Virus record (IMG/VR): IMGVR_UViG_2698536339_000017
Length of the DNA: 28,361 bases
Reading direction: 5' to 3' (one strand)
From: a virus
Taxonomy: Duplodnaviria; Heunggongvirae; Uroviricota; Caudoviricetes
Notes under the pieces: generated by a model
The model's input: only the letters and a program-made list of their open reading frames with translations
The model's database searches: none
What the model was told of the DNA's origin: nothing
Translations under genes and position numbers: made by a program
Shown here: in pieces, positions 1 through 8,129 of the stretch
Layout: each line of letters starts with the position of its first letter
Position numbering within the stretch: position 1 is the first letter of the stretch

Positions 1-12
1 GGTTTGGGAGAA
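1..12 (-). other. Inner half of a Gin/Hin-type crossover site (site A); the window starts at the site centre so the outer half is not visible
   Basis: Bases 1-12 GGTTTGGGAGAA are the exact reverse complement of the half-site TTCTCCCAAACC found at 1890-1901 and 17570-17581. They encode G-L-G-E at the start of the alternative tail-fibre cassette. Confidence 0.6.
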
Positions 13-351
13 GCGGCTAAAAGAAATGTAGGGACAGGGGCGAATCAGATACCTGATATGGGTAGTTTTATGCTTTCTGCTTCAGTTCCTGGATATCAAA
101 AATTGCCATCCGGTTTAATTATTCAATGGGGGCCAATTGATGTTCCGCTGACGTCTCAGGACACAGTAACCTATTTTCCGATTGCATTTCCGAATAGATG
201 TCTGCGGGTATTTGCGACTCAGGATTACACTCCCGGCAGTGCAAATGTTGGCTATATAGCTTGTGCCGGTTATAACCAGGACCCGGTGAAATTTATTTCC
301 AGAGCAGGCGTACCCGGTATCGGTGCTTCATTTTTCGCATTAGGGTGTTAA
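1..351 (+). CDS. Alternative tail-fibre C-terminal cassette (Hv'), 5'-partial and promoterless in this orientation; would be fused to the constant part of H after segment inversion
   Basis: Open frame from base 1 ([13 protein letters not shown]...) to stop at 349-351. It begins with the same GLGE-encoding half-site as the variable part of H and is followed by its own tail-fibre assembly gene, as in Mu G-segment Sv'/U'. Confidence 0.65.
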
Positions 352-377
352 TTTCTTTTAACTTTATGGAGTGAAAA

Positions 378-818
378 ATGAATTACATATATTCCGCGAC
401 TACAAACTCTTTCTATCCCTTGGAGATGAAAGAGGATTACACGCAAGCTGACTCATGGCCAGATGATGCTGTTGAAGTTGATGAGCAAGTGTATATTGAG
501 TTTTCCGGATTACCGCCGAAAGGAAAAATCCGTATCGCTGGAGAAAATGGTTTTCCTGCATGGTCTGAAATTCCACCACCAACACATGAGGAACAGATTG
601 CTGCAGCCGAACTGAAAAAGCAGCAATTGATTAATCAGGCCAACGATTATATGAACAGTAAACAATGGGCTGGTAAAGCGGCTATTGGTCGTCTGAAAGG
701 TGAGGAACTGGCGCAATATAATTTGTGGCTGGATTATCTGGACGCACTGGAACTGGTCGATACTTCCGGTGCGCCAGATATTGAATGGCCTACGCCTCCG
801 GCAGTTCAGGCCAGATGA
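378..818 (+). CDS. Tail fibre assembly protein (Tfa'), partner of the alternative cassette
   Basis: 146 aa with C-terminal ...DIEWPTPPAVQAR motif typical of Tfa/U-type chaperones. Sits directly downstream of Hv'. Confidence 0.75.
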   Translation: MNYIYSATTNSFYPLEMKEDYTQADSWPDDAVEVDEQVYIEFSGLPPKGKIRIAGENGFPAWSEIPPPTHEEQIAAAELKKQQLINQANDYMNSKQWAGKAAIGRLKGEELAQYNLWLDYLDALELVDTSGAPDIEWPTPPAVQAR

Positions 819-1392
819 CATTCGGCGCGGTGCTGGTATCTGTTGCCGTCACCGCGTCAATGTAATCCAGCACAGCGTTAAGCTGGGTTGTTTCTGCCTG
901 CGTCAGTTTCCGTCCGGCCTGTAATTTCAGCTGAATCAGACTGATGGAAGCCATTGCAGCATCAATCAGTGACTGGCGCTGTGCTTCTGCCGCGTCTACT
1001 GCGGCGCTATGCTGTGCCTCAGTATCGGTTACCCATTTCTCACCATCCCATTTATCGTATGGAGATAAAGGGGCGATAGTGGTTGTATTTTCAGGGTAAT
1101 CACCCGGAGCTTTGATTTCTTTTGATTCTCCTGTTTCTGTGCTAAAGACGATTTCACCACGATGGTCTGGCACATATTCCCATGAGTTAAAATCTGCAGA
1201 ACGGCAGATTGCATACCCAGTTTTGTATGAGCCAGGAGCATCTAAACAGGAACATGCCGGAATGCCGACACCCACAGCAAGATATTCAGTTGATGTGAAA
1301 ATATATTCCCGTGTTTCACCATCATAGTTATAAACCGTAATATTTCCTGCTTGGGTGGCGATAAATTCGTTATTTAATACAGCGTAATCCAT
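790..1392 (-). CDS. G: Tail fibre assembly protein (P2 G-like Tfa)
   Basis: 200 aa, C-terminus ...NVIWPELPEA. Start codon overlaps the H stop (TAATG arrangement at 1390-1394). Position matches P2 G downstream of H. Confidence 0.8.
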   Translation of the reverse strand: MDYAVLNNEFIATQAGNITVYNYDGETREYIFTSTEYLAVGVGIPACSCLDAPGSYKTGYAICRSADFNSWEYVPDHRGEIVFSTETGESKEIKAPGDYPENTTTIAPLSPYDKWDGEKWVTDTEAQHSAAVDAAEAQRQSLIDAAMASISLIQLKLQAGRKLTQAETTQLNAVLDYIDAVTATDTSTAPNVIWPELPEA

Positions 1393-2951
1393 TATGCAGC
1401 CCTCACGATATACGCAAATGCCAGGTTCCGTGGTCTGGTTTCTTTAATTAAAGAGGAGGCATCAGGTGAACTCACTGATTCAGCACCATTTCTTCCACCA
1501 GTGGTATAAGTAAAAACTCGCTCACTGTTAGACCAGTAATCCACACCAACTGTTTTTGCTGATGAAAAAATGGTTTCATCAGATATAACCTGTTCTATTC
1601 CATACGGGATATTAGTAACTGACCCCACTTTTGTAGGTATTCCATGATTATGAGAAATTACTGCATGCTCTTGATTCGTTAATAAAGTACGACCGCTATC
1701 CACTCCACGCCCGTCATCCCAGCCACGAATAAACTCACCACGTAAATCAGGCAATTTATTTGTCGGATAAGCCTTTGCCAGCTCCGGGTATTCTTCAGCA
1801 GAAAAAGCGGCACCGTTGCATTTCAGCCAGCCTGTTGGCGGAGTGGCGGAAGGCCACGGAACAGGCACGCCAACGGGTAATGCCGAACCTTCTCCCAAAC
1901 CAAGGTATGCGAGAAGACCAGCTACATCCTTTCCACTCAAATTGGTAAGCGTATTGTCCAGCGGTTGTTTACCTGCCAGCGCATTAAGCATTGTCGTGGC
2001 AAAGTTCGGATCATTCCCCAGTGCCGCCGCCAGTTCGTTCAGTGTATCCAGTGCCGCAGGTGCAGAACCCACCATTGCTGCAATCGCTGATTTCACAAAA
2101 GCTGTAGTGGCAATCTGTGTATTGTTGACCGACTGTGCCGCAGTAGGTGCTGTTGGCGTTCCGGTGAGTGCCGGACTCGACAGTGGCGCTTTCAGTGCCA
2201 GCGCATTGTTAATGGTGGTACTGAATTTCGGATCATTGTTAATGGCTACGGCTATTTCTTTCAGCGTGTCCAGCGTGGCTGGCGCACCATTAATAAGAGC
2301 CGTCAGTGCCGCCTGAACAAACGCGGTGGTCGCAATCTGCGTGGTGTTATTCCCCTCCGCTGGCGTTGGCGCTTTGGGTGTTCCGGTCAATGTCGGGCTT
2401 TCTTTGGGTGCATACTGTGAATGCGGGTCCGGTGCGGCAAGATGTTTTGCCATCTTATCATCCACGAACACCTTCAGCTCCAGTACCTTGTCATCCACAT
2501 ACTTGCGGGTTGCCAGCACGACGGCAGGGTCGATTTTCAGGGTGATATTGTCCGTGCTGCTGGTAATCAGCACCATGCGCACGGTCTGGGTGCGCCCGCT
2601 GCCTTCAGCCAGTTGCGGCTTATAGCTTTCCGGGCAGTTGCCCACGGCAATTAATGCCCCTGACTCATCAAACAGGCCCACTTCACGGATCCACCAACCA
2701 CCCTCATTTTCAGGGATCACCTGTTCAGCAATAATCTGGCTGCTGTTCTGCGGGTCGATATAGAGCATATTCAGCGCAGCCCGGCGTTTCTCATTTACCA
2801 GTGCCGTCTGCTTTGCGTCCGGCGTCGGCAATGCTCCGCCGCCATCGCCCACCGCCATATGGGTAATTTTTAGCGGCACGCCGAGCGCGGCGGCGCTGGC
2901 AAGTTTCGCCGCGCCAATATCCGTCAGCAGGGTATAAAATTTTGTGCTCAT
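1392..2951 (-). CDS. H: Tail fibre protein H (constant N-terminal part plus invertible C-terminal receptor-binding part)
   Basis: 519 aa. N-terminus MSTKFYTLLTDIGAAKLA...MAVGDGGG matches the P2 H N-terminus. C-terminal region has a tail-collar-like motif (PTGWLKCNGAAFS...LPDLRGEFIRGW). Crossover site lies at the YLGLGE junction. Confidence 0.9.
   Translation of the reverse strand: MSTKFYTLLTDIGAAKLASAAALGVPLKITHMAVGDGGGALPTPDAKQTALVNEKRRAALNMLYIDPQNSSQIIAEQVIPENEGGWWIREVGLFDESGALIAVGNCPESYKPQLAEGSGRTQTVRMVLITSSTDNITLKIDPAVVLATRKYVDDKVLELKVFVDDKMAKHLAAPDPHSQYAPKESPTLTGTPKAPTPAEGNNTTQIATTAFVQAALTALINGAPATLDTLKEIAVAINNDPKFSTTINNALALKAPLSSPALTGTPTAPTAAQSVNNTQIATTAFVKSAIAAMVGSAPAALDTLNELAAALGNDPNFATTMLNALAGKQPLDNTLTNLSGKDVAGLLAYLGLGEGSALPVGVPVPWPSATPPTGWLKCNGAAFSAEEYPELAKAYPTNKLPDLRGEFIRGWDDGRGVDSGRTLLTNQEHAVISHNHGIPTKVGSVTNIPYGIEQVISDETIFSSAKTVGVDYWSNSERVFTYTTGGRNGAESVSSPDASSLIKETRPRNLAFAYIVRAA
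1890..1915 (+). other. Gin/Hin-type crossover site inside H (site B) at the constant/variable junction
   Basis: TTCTCCCAAACC-AA-GGTATGCGAGAA. Left half is identical to the half-sites at 1-12 (inverted) and 17570-17581. Fits the TTnTCnnAAACC half-site pattern of hix/gix/cix sites as I recall them. Encodes LLAYLGLGE on the minus strand. Confidence 0.65.
1959..2399 (-). repeat. Diverged tandem duplication inside H (two units of about 72 codons)
   Basis: Protein segments about 185-258 and 259-331 repeat the pattern LTGTP.APT...NNTQIATTAFV...GAPA.LDTL.E.A.A..NDP.F.TT..NALA.K.PL. Matching DNA periodicity is visible. Confidence 0.6.
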
Positions 2952-3553
2952 GGATTCACTCTCATTGTGTCAATAACATGGACCGCCCCGCCTTCATGCG
3001 CGGTGCCGCCGGAAATAATTGTTTCGTTGATATACGGATAGATCGTGATTTCTTCGCCAAGATAACTGGCGGCTCCCACCCAATGCGGGCCGCTGGTCTG
3101 CAGATTGATGGACATGCCGATCATGTGACGGCTACATGGTTTGGCATCGCTTATCAGTCGCTCAAGTTCCAGATAGGTATCTTCAGTGATGCCCTGGTCC
3201 TGCACACCAATGTCCAGACGAAACGTGCCCGGTGTTTCTCCGGTCTGCCACCACTCAATAATGCGGATCAGGAAGCCGAACGGCTCCACCACCCGCCGTA
3301 CGGCACTGGTGGTTCCTTTGTGCTGATGAATATAAAAAGCATCCTTCACTACCTGGCGTTTGACGCTTTCTGTCCAGCCCTCGTCCCAGCGATCCACAGA
3401 GAACGCCCAGGCGAGATAAGGCAGGAAACTGACCGGACAGGTTGCTGGATTCCACAAGTCACGCAGCGGCACCTGCAGATCAGAAATCCCGCTACAGGTC
3501 TGCGCCAGTCGGCGCTCCAGTGAAGTTGAACCCGGTGGCAGCAGACTATTCAT
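2948..3553 (-). CDS. I: Baseplate assembly protein I
   Basis: 201 aa; contains RDLWNPATCP...LPYLAWAFSVDRWDEGW, similar to P2 gpI. Overlaps J stop by 8 bp. Confidence 0.85.
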   Translation of the reverse strand: MNSLLPPGSTSLERRLAQTCSGISDLQVPLRDLWNPATCPVSFLPYLAWAFSVDRWDEGWTESVKRQVVKDAFYIHQHKGTTSAVRRVVEPFGFLIRIIEWWQTGETPGTFRLDIGVQDQGITEDTYLELERLISDAKPCSRHMIGMSINLQTSGPHWVGAASYLGEEITIYPYINETIISGGTAHEGGAVHVIDTMRVNP

Positions 3554-4454
3554 CCGTTCCTCCGTTGGTCACGCTCCACTGCGTACATGATGCCGCCTGC
3601 GTTTTGTTCAGAACCACATCCGCCAGCGGAGAAGCCAGTTCCACACGTTGAACACCCTCAACATGCAGCGCGGCAAAAATAGCACTACGGCGAATATCCC
3701 GACCGAGCCGCGTCTGACTGGCGATGTACCTCTGCAGGCTGACTTTTGCCGCTGCCATTACCGGCTCTGCTTCCGGTCCCGGATAAAGAAAAATGGTGGC
3801 TTCCACACGGTACGGGATGATTTCTGCGCTGCGAACCGTCAGACGGTCAGCCACCGGGCGGACATTCTCACTGTTCAGGGCTTTCTCCACCACATCCAGC
3901 AAATCTTTTTCTGCTGTTCCGTCGCCTTCACGGCTCAGGACAGTCAGCACCACCTCTGCAGGTGCCGGACTGGTTGCACTGGCATCCGCCACCCGACCGT
4001 CGGCGCTTCGGGCATGAAATTCATAAGCGGCAGTTGGCCCCGCAACAGAAAGCCCTTCAAAGGCTGCGGGCACACGCAGGCGTAACGCTTCATCGCTTTC
4101 CATCACAGCCGCAACGGGTGGCACAGCGTCATTATCAGCAGGCGTCACCGTCAGGCGTTTCACGTTGTAGTTGGCAGCGAGCTGGTCAAGATCGCCGCCC
4201 ATCGCGTAAGCCACCATCACCGCCTGCGCGGCTTCGTTAATGCGCTGGCGCAGAAGCAACTCACGGTAAGCGTTCTCCTGCAGCAATTTGGTGACGGGTT
4301 CAGATTCCAGTTCCAGCGTGCGGATCACTGCTTCCTGCTCATCTTTCGGATGAAGCGCCACAAATTCTGCCTTGCGTTCGGCAAGCAGCGTCTCAAAGTC
4401 CGGCACATCCACAATCTGCGGCGCAGGCAACTGCGAAAGGTCAATCACTGCCAT
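3546..4454 (-). CDS. J: Baseplate assembly protein J
   Basis: Similar to P2 gpJ. Start chosen at the internal Met (MAVIDLSQLPAP...) matching the P2 J N-terminus, rather than the longest ORF start at 4493. Confidence 0.8.
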   Translation of the reverse strand: MAVIDLSQLPAPQIVDVPDFETLLAERKAEFVALHPKDEQEAVIRTLELESEPVTKLLQENAYRELLLRQRINEAAQAVMVAYAMGGDLDQLAANYNVKRLTVTPADNDAVPPVAAVMESDEALRLRVPAAFEGLSVAGPTAAYEFHARSADGRVADASATSPAPAEVVLTVLSREGDGTAEKDLLDVVEKALNSENVRPVADRLTVRSAEIIPYRVEATIFLYPGPEAEPVMAAAKVSLQRYIASQTRLGRDIRRSAIFAALHVEGVQRVELASPLADVVLNKTQAASCTQWSVTNGGTDE

Positions 4455-4800
4455 TCTCTGCTCCTGTTGATACGGAAAGGGACACAGGCACACCGTTATT
4501 CCGCCGCCCGGTCAGCTCCACCACCATAGAACCGTCAAAGTTGCTGTTGATGGTGATGGAATCCAGCGTCAGCCGTGGCTCCCAGCGACTCAGCGCCACA
4601 TACACTGCCGACATGACCTGCAGGCGCAATGCCGGATTTTGTGGCTGGTCTATCAGCGCCGACAGCAGGGAACCATATTCCCGACGGGCAATGCGGCTAC
4701 CCTGTGGCGTCAGCAAAATGTCCCGCACCGACTGGCGCAGATGGTCCGTGTCTGTAATAGCTTTTCCGTTGCTCTGACTCATGCCGATATACAGCGTCAT
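4441..4800 (-). CDS. W: Baseplate protein W (gp25-like)
   Basis: 119 aa, MTLYIGMSQSNGKAITDTDHLRQSV..., similar to P2 gpW. Overlaps V stop. Confidence 0.85.
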   Translation of the reverse strand: MTLYIGMSQSNGKAITDTDHLRQSVRDILLTPQGSRIARREYGSLLSALIDQPQNPALRLQVMSAVYVALSRWEPRLTLDSITINSNFDGSMVVELTGRRNNGVPVSLSVSTGAENGSD

Positions 4801-5375
4801 ACCGGGCCTCCGGTTGTATCGCCGCCTTTCAGGACGCCAGTATGCTGATGCGCATCAACCACGATCCCGTTAGAACTCATCGCTCCGCCGCCCTGGGTAA
4901 CGCCACCATTGATCACCACTTCGCTGTTAATGCGCGTGCGGTCAGCCTCCAGTACAAACTCACTGGTTTTCATGGTGATGTTGTCAGCGGCCTCAATGAC
5001 CATTGATTTGATGCCCCTGACATACCAGCGCCCGGTGGCGGGTTCGTATTCAAACCAGCCACCGTCAGGATGTTCTGTCACGCAGGCGTCCGCCGACGTC
5101 GACGGTGGCGCGAACTGATTCGAATAGATGGCGGGTAACGCAAAGGCGGTTTCCAGATTGCCGCCCAGACTCAGCAGCACCACCTGCTCACCTTCCGATG
5201 GTCGCCACCATGTGCGGGCATTCCCGGCACGCAGCGTCAGCCAGCTGATCCAGTTGGTTTCAAGCTCGCCCGTTTTCACCCGGCAAAGCCAGTTTTCCCT
5301 GTCCACTTCGGTGACTACCCCTGTGCGGATCAGGTTGGTGATAAGGCGCATGATTTCGGTTAATTGTGCGTTCAT
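4797..5375 (-). CDS. V: Baseplate spike protein V
   Basis: 192 aa with MNAQLTEIMRL...WLTLRAGNARTWWRPSEGEQ, similar to P2 gpV. Confidence 0.85.
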   Translation of the reverse strand: MNAQLTEIMRLITNLIRTGVVTEVDRENWLCRVKTGELETNWISWLTLRAGNARTWWRPSEGEQVVLLSLGGNLETAFALPAIYSNQFAPPSTSADACVTEHPDGGWFEYEPATGRWYVRGIKSMVIEAADNITMKTSEFVLEADRTRINSEVVINGGVTQGGGAMSSNGIVVDAHQHTGVLKGGDTTGGPV

Positions 5376-5421
5376 AGGGAAAGGTTGCCATCAGGGGAAG
5401 AAAGGCGGCAGTGCTGCAACT

Positions 5422-5439
5422 TGTATCAGTGCTGATACA
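5422..5439 (-). promoter_or_regulatory. Palindromic TGT-N12-ACA element upstream of V (candidate Ogr-type late promoter box)
   Basis: TGTATCAGTGCTGATACA in the 68-bp S-V intergenic region fits the TGT-N12-ACA pattern of P2 late promoters. It lies only about 47 bp from the V start codon, so spacing is atypical. Confidence 0.3.
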
Positions 5440-5443
5440 AAGA

Positions 5444-5890
5444 TCACCCCGCCAGCCATTGCAGAATCATGTCGCGGGTCATTGCCTCAACATCATCATT
5501 TACACCCAGCAGGCGGCGCTCTGCGTAACGGACCTCCGGTCCTTTGCGACTGACGCGATCACGCAGGCCGTAATGGTGAACACGGGCAATACGCTGCACC
5601 TTGCCTTCAAACTGTACACTGGCAGAGTCGGCGCTGGCGGCAGTTTTCAGGTATTTTGTGGTGCGCAGCTTTGCAAACATCTGACGTTTGATGCGCCCTT
5701 TCTTGCTGCGTGCTGTTACCCTGCGCGGTTCATAACTGCTGCCATCTGGATTGCGCTGCATCCTGATATTCTGCTGCTGTGTCCGGCGCAGTTCCTGCGC
5801 CAGCTGGCGCATCATGCGGCTTCTCGTGGCTGGTTCCAGATTCGCCAGCAAGGCACTCAGCCAGTCGTCCACCTTCTGCAGTTCAGCCAC
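5444..5890 (-). CDS. S: Tail completion protein S
   Basis: 148 aa, similar to P2 gpS (virion morphogenesis). Position between R and V. Confidence 0.8.
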   Translation of the reverse strand: MAELQKVDDWLSALLANLEPATRSRMMRQLAQELRRTQQQNIRMQRNPDGSSYEPRRVTARSKKGRIKRQMFAKLRTTKYLKTAASADSASVQFEGKVQRIARVHHYGLRDRVSRKGPEVRYAERRLLGVNDDVEAMTRDMILQWLAG

Positions 5891-6335
5891 GTTTCACCGT
5901 CCACATTTCTTCAGGTTCATCGGGTTCTGCTACAGCTTCAACGCTCGACACACTGCCGTCAGTGCTGACCAGCACACGTTCCGTCAGTTGCAGATTAAGG
6001 CTGATATCACAGACATCGTTGCGCAAAATATCCACCTCAAAGGTGAATAGCTTTTCCCGTAACGCCGGGTTATTGATGGCATCGGGCTGGTTATCCCGAA
6101 GCCACAGTAAAACCGGGGCCATCAGCAGATTCTGGTCGCCGCTGAAATCCTCTATCACCACGTTCAGGGTATAGCGGTACTCCCATGACATGGAGCTGGC
6201 CCCCGTGGCAACCAGCGAACCGTTATCCACAAACAGATGCAGTTTGTCCGGGTTATTGCGGACATAAGGCACCGCTTTATTGAGGGCGTGGCGCAGGGAT
6301 TGTGGTTTGTTCACTGTTTCGCTCCTGACACGCAA
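5883..6335 (-). CDS. R: Tail completion protein R
   Basis: 150 aa with ...HLFVDNGS...EYRYTLNVVIEDFSGD...LLWLRDNQPD, similar to P2 gpR. Confidence 0.8.
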   Translation of the reverse strand: MRVRSETVNKPQSLRHALNKAVPYVRNNPDKLHLFVDNGSLVATGASSMSWEYRYTLNVVIEDFSGDQNLLMAPVLLWLRDNQPDAINNPALREKLFTFEVDILRNDVCDISLNLQLTERVLVSTDGSVSSVEAVAEPDEPEEMWTVKRG

Positions 6336-6567
6336 TAATCATGTCCACTTTGTCTGCACAGACCGCCCAGGCGGCCTCCGTTTCATCCAGCAACGCATTC
6401 AGATCACCGTTAGTGCGCGGTGCTGCCTGCTCCAGCCGACACGGCGTCACTCGCGGACAACCACTGACGGTAAGCTGCACCTCCGGTGAGTGCCGGACGT
6501 TCCCGCAGCCGGATAATGTCAGCAGGCAAAGGAGTATCAGCCCAGTGGCGTAAATCCTCGTTCTCAC
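6277..6567 (-). CDS. lysC: Rz1-like outer-membrane lipoprotein spanin (LysC-like), starting inside lysB in another frame and extending into R
   Basis: N-terminal signal peptide with lipobox (LLCLLTLSGC). Embedded/overlapping arrangement as described for P2 lysC. Confidence 0.55.
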   Translation of the reverse strand: MRTRIYATGLILLCLLTLSGCGNVRHSPEVQLTVSGCPRVTPCRLEQAAPRTNGDLNALLDETEAAWAVCADKVDMIIACQERNSEQTTIPAPRPQ

Positions 6568-6838
6568 GTTTCAGTTCCTCGATCCGGCGTTGTCGTTGTC
6601 TCAGCTGTGCGCTGGTCTGTTCTGCTTCGGCATAGAGCCGCGCCTGCTCCCGGTTATTGGTTTCAGTCAGAATGGACAGGCTGATAAGCTGGCTGTTGCT
6701 CTTTGCCAGTGCCTGGCTTTTGCTCTGCAGCTCGTTTGCCTGCGTGCTGATGGTCTGGCTGGCATCAGCCAGCCGCCACGTCTGCCAGCCCAGCGCCGCC
6801 AGTAATAACGCCAGCACAACCAGCAGCAACCGGTTCAT
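6410..6838 (-). CDS. lysB: Rz-like inner-membrane spanin (LysB)
   Basis: 142 aa with N-terminal TM helix then a coiled-coil-like region (QANELQSKSQALAKSNSQL...RQRQRRIEELKRENEDLRHW). Confidence 0.7.
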   Translation of the reverse strand: MNRLLLVVLALLLAALGWQTWRLADASQTISTQANELQSKSQALAKSNSQLISLSILTETNNREQARLYAEAEQTSAQLRQRQRRIEELKRENEDLRHWADTPLPADIIRLRERPALTGGAAYRQWLSASDAVSAGAGSTAH

Positions 6839-7212
6839 GCGGCTACCTGTTGCGCCATCTGATTACGGGTGATCCAGAAGGCAATAACGGTCAGTAGATA
6901 AAAGACCAGGGTAATAGCCCACCCCGTCCATGCGAGACTTACAACAATCAGCAATCGCATCACCCAACTGATAAATACGTTTTCTTTTCGGGTAATTGTC
7001 TTCAGCAAAGATGCCCTTAACTCCTGCCAGAGCGGGCCATTCTGAATTAACGCAGCCAGTGCTACCGGAATTACCGCCCATGTCAGCAAACAGGCTACCC
7101 AAACGCCGGACGCTGCCAGTACCGGAAAGATCCCCTGCGGATACACCATTGCTGCGATTAACAGCGCCATCCATAACATCAGAAACAGTCCGCTGATTAA
7201 TTTCTTTTTCAT
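6835..7212 (-). CDS. lysA: LysA-like membrane protein (lysis timing)
   Basis: Multi-TM hydrophobic protein. Start set at the MKKKLISG Met, which follows the endolysin stop; the longest ORF starts at 7284. Confidence 0.55.
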   Translation of the reverse strand: MKKKLISGLFLMLWMALLIAAMVYPQGIFPVLAASGVWVACLLTWAVIPVALAALIQNGPLWQELRASLLKTITRKENVFISWVMRLLIVVSLAWTGWAITLVFYLLTVIAFWITRNQMAQQVAA

Positions 7213-7213
7213 T

Positions 7214-7726
7214 TCAGTTTGCTCCCTGTAAACACCAGGCCATCTCCCGCGCACGGCGGTTATCCAGCCCCTGATTAAACACACCTTTCACATAAACCCA
7301 GCGCGGCAACTGTCGGCACGCATCCGCCCAGCGCCGCTGATTGAGTAATTTCACCAGCGTGGAACTGCAGGCATTGCCCGTCCCCACGTTGAAGGCAAAC
7401 GACACCGTAGCGTCATACACCTTCTGCGGCGGCTGTTGCTTCACACACCTTTCCAGCGCCCGCTCCACACGTAGCACGTTGGAGATCAGCCCTTCTGCTG
7501 CCTGTCGTTCCGTAATAGTTTTGCCGGGAATGACGCCCGACGTATTACCAATGCCGTCGGTCCAGACACCCGCGCTGCACTGATACGGCTGCAGACGACA
7601 GCCTTCGTAATCGGCAATCAGTTTCAGCCCCTCCACGGAGGTGTGAAGTTGCTGAAACCCCGGCAGCGTGGCAGCAATAGCCAGCACGGCCCCGACAAGG
7701 CAGCGTTTAACGATTGATGGATTCAT
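7214..7726 (-). CDS. Endolysin, T4-lysozyme-like with an N-terminal signal-anchor-release (SAR) type segment
   Basis: 170 aa. N-terminal weakly hydrophobic Gly/Ala-rich segment (VKRCLVGAVLAIAATLPG) followed by ...LIADYEGCRLQPY...GVWTDGIGNT..., resembling the phage 21 R-type SAR endolysin. Confidence 0.75.
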   Translation of the reverse strand: MNPSIVKRCLVGAVLAIAATLPGFQQLHTSVEGLKLIADYEGCRLQPYQCSAGVWTDGIGNTSGVIPGKTITERQAAEGLISNVLRVERALERCVKQQPPQKVYDATVSFAFNVGTGNACSSTLVKLLNQRRWADACRQLPRWVYVKGVFNQGLDNRRAREMAWCLQGAN

Positions 7727-7922
7727 AGTCCTCCCGCGAGATCTGCCCGTCGCGCAGAAGCTGGTAGGCTTTGTGTTTGTAGTACCAGTTGATAGCCAGC
7801 ATCAGCACACCAATCATCAGGCCACCCAGCGTTGAGGCATCCTTGATGGACAAATCGCCCAGCCAGGCCAGCACAACGGCGATGCAATACGTGATAAAGG
7901 CGCTGATTCGCTCAAGCGTCAT
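7707..7922 (-). CDS. Small two-TM holin (pinholin-like)
   Basis: 71 aa with two hydrophobic segments and a charged C-terminus. Sits immediately upstream of the SAR-type endolysin. Confidence 0.6.
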   Translation of the reverse strand: MTLERISAFITYCIAVVLAWLGDLSIKDASTLGGLMIGVLMLAINWYYKHKAYQLLRDGQISREDYESINR

Positions 7923-7925
7923 AAT

Positions 7926-8129
7926 TCAGTCCCATAGCTGGACGGTCTGCACGGTGGTGGTGGTCGGAATGTCCGGCAGCTCCACCTGCAGCCCGTGAGG
8001 TAAAAAAGGGCCAAATTCGGCAAGCCCCGGATTTGCCTTCAGTACCTGCTCCGTGACACCCTGCGTGCGCCCGTAATGACGCCAGCAAAGCGCGTCCACC
8101 GTGTCATACTGATGCGCACGCACTTTCAT
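7926..8129 (-). CDS. X: Tail protein X
   Basis: 67 aa, MKVRAHQYDTVDALCWRHYGRTQGVTEQVLKANPGLAEFGPFLPHG..., similar to P2 gpX. Confidence 0.85.
   Translation of the reverse strand: MKVRAHQYDTVDALCWRHYGRTQGVTEQVLKANPGLAEFGPFLPHGLQVELPDIPTTTTVQTVQLWD

Noticed and set aside
1816-2654. Several plus-strand ORFs (for example 1816-2316, 2326-2625, 2421-2654) inside tail fibre gene H
   Set aside because: They are antisense to a well-supported gene with clear P2 H similarity, Ala/Gly/Ser-rich as expected for antisense reading of GC-rich repeats, and have no RBS or homology signal.
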